Below, one piece after another: positions 30,974 through 35,847 of a stretch of 35,847 bases of DNA (the first letter of the stretch is position 1; each line of letters starts with the position of its first letter). The position numbers were made by a program, and so were the translations under genes. The stretch comes from a virus: the IMG/VR virus record IMGVR_UViG_3300045988_138743; one strand, written 5' to 3'. The notes under the pieces are model-generated. The model had not been told where the DNA came from and made no database searches. It saw nothing but the letters and a program-made list of their open reading frames with translations.

Positions 30974-32823
30974 GGATAAGCACCCTCTTTCGATTTTCCT
31001 CCTATAAGCAGGCCTCCAACATAATTCTCATAAGTTCCATCCGAATACTCTACTGTTCCGGTAAATCCGTTATATCCGTTTACACCGAATGACTGGCAAT
31101 CAACATATACCTCGCCAGTCTTAAACATTCTAAATAATGCATTTTCAGTACCGATTTTAAAAATTTCATTACTTACTGCAAAAATTCTCCCGACAGTATT
31201 ACCACTTTTGTCCATGATCTTCATCTCCCCCTCTGAGATCTCTACTCTTCGGCCAAATTCATCACTTCCACAAGTGTATTTACCATTTGTCAGTATTCCA
31301 TTTTTATCCATGATAGTTAGGATAGCTCCATTACCATCTAATACTTTTATAATGCCTGCTATGTTGTCTATTCCGCCAATGGTCAATGTTCCTCCATATA
31401 TCCTGTCTGCCAGCATGGTTCCGGCTATAATATAGTCGGCAAAAAAGCCTTTCCCGGTTCCGAATGTACTCCATATCCAGTCTTTTCCATCAGCGGTCCT
31501 TTTGGATGCAATCTCAAATCCCATTGATCCAAGGCACATAGCTCCGAACGTAGGTGAATCAGGGTTTAAATCCTCAAAAAGCATGGCTCGTACATCCTGC
31601 TTTTGAGCTACATCACGTAGTGCATGAAACTGTGTTTTCACTGCATCCAGTATTCCCTGCACCTGAGAGCCGATCACAGATCCATCTTCTCTGATTGCGC
31701 TCTCAATTCGGTTATTAATACTGACCTGATTTGATATGTAATCAAATTGATAATCGCCCAGCGATACAGATAATATGCGGTCATTCACACAATCCCACTC
31801 TAATTCCGTAACTCTTGCATCTGTAACTATATCAAGATTATTGTTTCTACAATGTACGGTATCACCAAGAGACACTTCTACAAGCCCCTTGACATCGGCA
31901 TACAGCTCTGTATCCTCAATCATTACCATATCCACAGATATAGTTACTTGAGGCTTGTCTGCCCCCGCTTCCCACTGTTCCTGACAGCGTTTTCTAAGTG
32001 CAGCCTCCAGTTGTGCCGGTGTATCGCATATGATCACACCTTTCGATTCATCATCTTCCTGTGCATCAGCTCTCATTTTTACATCTTCAAATTTCATTGT
32101 TGAATATTTGACTGTTGGATATTTGTCTATAAGAGGGGAATCAACCCAAGGAGCATCCCCATCTATCTGATATCCGTTATATGCCTGTGGAATGATCCGG
32201 GTAACCACATTTCTTAGGTCAACCTCCTCTTTCATTCCGTTCTCAGCAATGTTTTTTCCGTAAAGGATCTCAACACCTCTGTCGCTGCCAGCATGACGAT
32301 TTATTATCGCTTTGTAATTATCATATACGATTTCACCGCCCCATCTCTTAACAAAAGAATTCTCATCGTCACCATTGATGGCTTCGATGAGATTTTTATT
32401 TTGGTAATATGCAGTTCCAGTCGATGTAATATCTGTTTCGGCTGTATACTTTTTATTCGGTGCAGTCATGATATCAAGAGCCTGCTGCCCTGTTTTGTCA
32501 GTTGGACGGACATCCAAAAGGAAACAATCATCTGCCGCATCCATAAATATAGGCTGCAGATCAGCAGATATTCCGGAATCACTTTTTTCCTTATGAGTTA
32601 TTCTGAAAAGCTGCTCTCCATTAAAGGAAGGCATCTTAACAACTGCTCCCTCTTTAATATACTTCCAGCGGTCTTCTGAATCCTTTGGATGTTCAAGCGT
32701 TACCTCCCATGTTCCATTCAATACGGCATGAACGGATGCACTTGAAGGAAATAATGACATATCTCCGTTCTGATCAAAGTTTGTATTTTCAATGTTATAT
32801 ATCTGGATCATAAGCACCTCCAA
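30970..32823 (-). CDS. Tail-associated lysin / minor structural protein (Tal)
   Basis: 617 aa, follows Dit. The N-terminal region is typical of siphovirus Tal / prophage tail endopeptidase proteins. Confidence 0.75.
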   Translation of the reverse strand: MEVLMIQIYNIENTNFDQNGDMSLFPSSASVHAVLNGTWEVTLEHPKDSEDRWKYIKEGAVVKMPSFNGEQLFRITHKEKSDSGISADLQPIFMDAADDCFLLDVRPTDKTGQQALDIMTAPNKKYTAETDITSTGTAYYQNKNLIEAINGDDENSFVKRWGGEIVYDNYKAIINRHAGSDRGVEILYGKNIAENGMKEEVDLRNVVTRIIPQAYNGYQIDGDAPWVDSPLIDKYPTVKYSTMKFEDVKMRADAQEDDESKGVIICDTPAQLEAALRKRCQEQWEAGADKPQVTISVDMVMIEDTELYADVKGLVEVSLGDTVHCRNNNLDIVTDARVTELEWDCVNDRILSVSLGDYQFDYISNQVSINNRIESAIREDGSVIGSQVQGILDAVKTQFHALRDVAQKQDVRAMLFEDLNPDSPTFGAMCLGSMGFEIASKRTADGKDWIWSTFGTGKGFFADYIIAGTMLADRIYGGTLTIGGIDNIAGIIKVLDGNGAILTIMDKNGILTNGKYTCGSDEFGRRVEISEGEMKIMDKSGNTVGRIFAVSNEIFKIGTENALFRMFKTGEVYVDCQSFGVNGYNGFTGTVEYSDGTYENYVGGLLIGGKSKEGAYP

Positions 32824-33503
32824 TTAGGTATCACTTTCAGATTTCCTCCGTAAAATTCAATCTTGTTGTTTCCTGGCTGTAAATACATATCTTCATAATT
32901 TCCTGACACTTTGGTATTATTCAAAGTACCATCCTCGCGATACGCGATCATCCGATCTGTATCTATGGTCAGATTTTGACCAACATTAGCAGTCATCGTT
33001 TTTCCATTGATCTTAAGCGTACACATACCTTCTGCTGCGATCTTATATGTCGGATGACACTCTATATAAGGATTCCAGCAAACATCTTCTATGTCATATT
33101 CCATTGCACCACCTACGGAATATTGGAGCCCATCCAGTGTGTGAAATATCGCTGTAAAATTGCCTATCCGCTCAGATGTCCTCTCATTATCATCTAATTC
33201 AACATAGGTTATTTTATAAAAAAAGCCTGCATCATCAGATATAATAAGTTTTGCATTTCTTTCTGACAGCCACTGTTTTGCCATTCTCCAGCGATCATTC
33301 CACCTGTCTACTGCTCCGATATAATTAAATGGTATCTTTATTGGTGTTGCTGCATATGTACCATTAAACTTGTATATGGTTCCATCCCGCCCTGATAGTT
33401 TTACCTCTTCCATATTCGGCTGAGCGGCAGGAATAGATATCAACTCCCGGGCAAAAATCTGAAGCGAAGAGCCTCTTATGTCATTGTATTGTATGTCATG
33501 CAT
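32808..33503 (-). CDS. Distal tail protein (Dit)
   Basis: 231 aa, immediately after the tape measure gene (ATGA-type coupling). Confidence 0.75.
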   Translation of the reverse strand: MHDIQYNDIRGSSLQIFARELISIPAAQPNMEEVKLSGRDGTIYKFNGTYAATPIKIPFNYIGAVDRWNDRWRMAKQWLSERNAKLIISDDAGFFYKITYVELDDNERTSERIGNFTAIFHTLDGLQYSVGGAMEYDIEDVCWNPYIECHPTYKIAAEGMCTLKINGKTMTANVGQNLTIDTDRMIAYREDGTLNNTKVSGNYEDMYLQPGNNKIEFYGGNLKVIPNWRCL

Positions 33504-35653
33504 TATTTTCCTTTCGCCCCCTGTGTTGCTAATGTCTTATTTGCCATCTGCTTAAGAACGAGATTTGTAAGTAATGTGATCGACTTCTTATCTCCAATAT
33601 AAATGTTATTCTCCGCAGTCATTGATATTGATTTGAATGCTTCAACGATCATTGCGGCCAATGTTGCATTATTTGCATCATTTTCTTCTCTGATGTAGTC
33701 CTTTAACAGTTTAATTGGAAGTACCGCCTCTTTTCCAGCCTCTCCCCCTCCCATCAGGGAATCTCCATTTGCACCAAATATGGTCGGACTATTCAGGATT
33801 CCTCCATTTGCATACCAATCTACAGAAATTTTAGGTACCTTAAGTGGGGAAAGTGACCACTCTCCACTCGCTTTAAAATGAGGCAACTTTATTTTTGGTA
33901 ATTTCCAATCAAAATCGAAGAATCCTTTAATCTTATCAATAGCTCCCTTGATAAAATCGGCTACAGCTCCGAATATGGCATTTACACCATCTCTGAACCA
34001 TTCACACTTATTATAAAGCGTTACAAAAATGGCTATAAGTGCCGCAACTGCCGCAATAATTATAAGTATTGGATTAGCGGCCATGACTGCATTTACTGCT
34101 GCAAAACCAGTTTTTATAGGCCCCAATACAGGTGCAATTTTAGATATAATACCAATTAGTGACGAAACCCCTCCTGATACCTTGCTTATGATAGAAATCA
34201 CAGGGCCAACTGCTGCTGCAAGAAGAGCACATTTGATGATCATATTCTGTGTTTCTGGTGACAATGAATTCCATGAATTGATAATGTCCTTAAGAATCGG
34301 TGTTACTGTCTGAAGACATTGTGCTAGTATTGGTCCTAATGCATTGCCAAGTTCAAACCCTTCATCCTTTAACTGATTTAATGTGAGTTTGAACTGATCT
34401 GCCGGGTCCAACGTTGCATTAAATGTATCACTGACACTTCCAACATTGTCATTCAATGATTTGCCTAGCTCTTCAAAATTCAGTTTTCCATCCTGGCAGA
34501 ATTGCGCCAGTGCCGGTCCTGCTTTTGCCCCAAACAAATCAATGGCAGCATTGTATGCTTCTGTTGAATTATTTGCGCCTGACATTGTGCTTTGCAAATC
34601 TGACAAAGCCTGTTTCATAGATTTGCCTTCTCCAGATGCATTAACAAGAGCTTTTTTTAGGCCAGCCATCACCGTACTTGTATCAACACCTGACGTCTCA
34701 CACTGTCCCAGGAAGGTTGCGGCATCTGCAGCTGACATACCAAGTTCCTTTAGTGATGCTGCATTAGATACCATTGAGGATGCAAGTGTGTCCATTGATA
34801 TACCTGTATCCTGTCCTACTTTATTCATGGTATCAAGAAGTGCCCCTGCATCCTTGGATTTGAGGTTGAATGCCTCCATAACCTTCTGGGTGTTATCAAT
34901 CGAAGATGATACGTCAGTATCATTAAGCGAAGCGAACTCAACAAACTGTTGTGATAAATCCTCCAGTTCCTGTCCTGTCAGATGAAACCTTGTATTGACT
35001 TCTCCAACCGCACTTCCTGCCGTTGCAAAATCTGTCGGAATACTCTTTGCTATGTTTCTTGCAGAAGTCTGCATTTCCTCAAGAGCATCTCCTGACGCAC
35101 CGGTTTTTTCGACAATAATATCCATGCCTTCATCAACCTGTTCCCAGGCTGCCATTATTCCGGCACCTGCCGCTGCAATCGGTGCAGTAACATTTTTGTT
35201 TAATGAACTGCCGACGTTTCCGGTCGCATCACTAAAATTTTGTACCTTTTGGGAGTAATCCTCTAATGTTGCAGCACCACTTTCAAGCTTTTTGTTTACA
35301 TCCTCTAGACCACTTTTGTAGTGATTTAGGGCAGCCTGTGCATTATCCAACTGCTGCCTTGTCTTTGATATTGCCTCTTCGTCTCTCTTTTCAGCATTCT
35401 CCTGTGCTTTAAGTATTTCGTTGAGCCTGTCAACCTTAGCTGTATAGGCTTCTGTCTGATTTTGTAAATACTCCTGAGTTGCCCTGAGTTTCTCCGCTGA
35501 TGACGTGCTCTTGTCCCATTCCGACTTGGCAAGCTTGAAGGCAGATCTGTTTTCATTTACAGCATTATTTACTTCTGTCAGTGATTTCTTAAAGTCTACG
35601 GTACCGTCTACCTTTAATTTAAGCCCTACAGCTTTCATTTCACTGTCTGCCAT
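33503..35653 (-). CDS. Tape measure protein
   Basis: 716 aa: N-terminal coiled coil, Ala/Gly-rich core, and hydrophobic segments (IIKCALLAAAVGPVISII, ILIIIAAVAALIAIFV). Confidence 0.9.
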   Translation of the reverse strand: MADSEMKAVGLKLKVDGTVDFKKSLTEVNNAVNENRSAFKLAKSEWDKSTSSAEKLRATQEYLQNQTEAYTAKVDRLNEILKAQENAEKRDEEAISKTRQQLDNAQAALNHYKSGLEDVNKKLESGAATLEDYSQKVQNFSDATGNVGSSLNKNVTAPIAAAGAGIMAAWEQVDEGMDIIVEKTGASGDALEEMQTSARNIAKSIPTDFATAGSAVGEVNTRFHLTGQELEDLSQQFVEFASLNDTDVSSSIDNTQKVMEAFNLKSKDAGALLDTMNKVGQDTGISMDTLASSMVSNAASLKELGMSAADAATFLGQCETSGVDTSTVMAGLKKALVNASGEGKSMKQALSDLQSTMSGANNSTEAYNAAIDLFGAKAGPALAQFCQDGKLNFEELGKSLNDNVGSVSDTFNATLDPADQFKLTLNQLKDEGFELGNALGPILAQCLQTVTPILKDIINSWNSLSPETQNMIIKCALLAAAVGPVISIISKVSGGVSSLIGIISKIAPVLGPIKTGFAAVNAVMAANPILIIIAAVAALIAIFVTLYNKCEWFRDGVNAIFGAVADFIKGAIDKIKGFFDFDWKLPKIKLPHFKASGEWSLSPLKVPKISVDWYANGGILNSPTIFGANGDSLMGGGEAGKEAVLPIKLLKDYIREENDANNATLAAMIVEAFKSISMTAENNIYIGDKKSITLLTNLVLKQMANKTLATQGAKGK

Positions 35654-35847
35654 ATATCACACCCACTTTCTTTTTCTCGACCTCCTGCCACACTTCAAGG
35701 CACTCATTAAAAAAAATGGGATCCGAGTTAAAAAATTCATTTTCGCTCATACCCATCATTCTTGCAGCTACCATGTATTCAGCCCAGTTTATTTCGATTT
35801 CTTCTTTTTCCTCTTCCTGGTCTGTGGCTGATTCTTTTTTGTGGCTT
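35640..35847 (-). CDS. gpT-like -1 frame extension of the tail assembly chaperone (G-T fusion product)
   Basis: The -1 frame from the A9 run reads RSHKKESATDQEEEKEEIEINWAEYMVAARMMGMSENEFFNSDPIFFNECLEVWQEVEKKKVGVIYGRQ. Its TGA (35640..35642) overlaps the tape measure start codon region. Confidence 0.7.
   Translation of the reverse strand, partial: SHKKESATDQEEEKEEIEINWAEYMVAARMMGMSENEFFNSDPIFFNECLEVWQEVEKKKVGVIYGRQ
35793..35847. repeat. Terminal overlap, identical to 1..55
   Basis: Same 55-mer as the window start. Position fixed from the plus-strand ORF ending at 35831. Confidence 0.9.

Larger units (their letters stand above)
1..35847. mobile_element. Complete circular temperate siphovirus-type phage genome (HK97-like morphogenesis module, serine integrase, CI/Cro switch)
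   Basis: Full set of packaging, head, tail, lysis, lysogeny and early genes. The window ends overlap by 55 identical bp inside a tail chaperone gene. Confidence 0.85.

Noticed and set aside
34446-34985. 179-aa plus-strand ORF, and others, inside the tape measure gene
   Set aside because: Antisense shadows of an Ala/Ser/Gly-rich gene.
1-35847. Search for CRISPR arrays, tRNA/rRNA genes, a reverse transcriptase (DGR or retron) and a small Hin/Gin-type invertase
   Set aside because: I found no regularly spaced repeats, no tRNA-like T-loop/acceptor structures, no YxDD-type RT motifs, and no 180-200-aa resolvase-type ORF. Checked by eye only, so short or degenerate elements could have been missed.

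Overview
The window is a complete, circularly closed genome of a temperate HK97-like siphovirus, about 35.8 kb unique. Its first 55 bp are identical to its last 55 bp, and this junction lies inside a tail gene. RBS style, gene families and AT-rich composition suggest a Firmicutes/Clostridia host. Nearly everything is on the minus strand. In transcription order it runs: Cro-like early operon (20404 down to about 8100, with YopX, ASCH, Lar, PcfJ/PcfK-like, two HNH and a HUH Rep-like protein), late activator, HNH, putative cos region, TerS, TerL, portal, ClpP-like protease, major capsid, connectors and major tail. The tail chaperone with a -1 frameshift spans the junction. Then follow tape measure, Dit, Tal, tail lysozyme, fibre genes, endolysin and holin. 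The plus strand carries the lysogeny side: a CI-like S24 repressor, a 6-TM voltage-gated-type K+ channel, a double zinc-ribbon membrane protein, an sRNA-like unit with a truncated Abi_2 gene, and a large serine integrase. Two AT-rich opposite-strand morons sit inside the early operon. Main second-look items: (1) a Mu G-segment-like invertible cassette (27565..28266) that would swap the C-terminus of a small tail-fibre protein in frame, with no invertase gene nearby; (2) a cI / K+ channel / zinc-ribbon operon in the position of lambda rexAB, a candidate exclusion or abortive-infection module; (3) two morons driven by duplicated promoter-leader elements, one inside a cassette bracketed by 100-bp direct repeats; (4) a phage-borne miaB 5' fragment with a 46-bp imperfect palindrome next to the integrase, a candidate intragenic attP; (5) an operator-controlled small membrane peptide plus RHH pair. 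No tRNA, rRNA, CRISPR array or reverse transcriptase was seen. All calls come from reading the sequence and motifs by eye; no database search was run.
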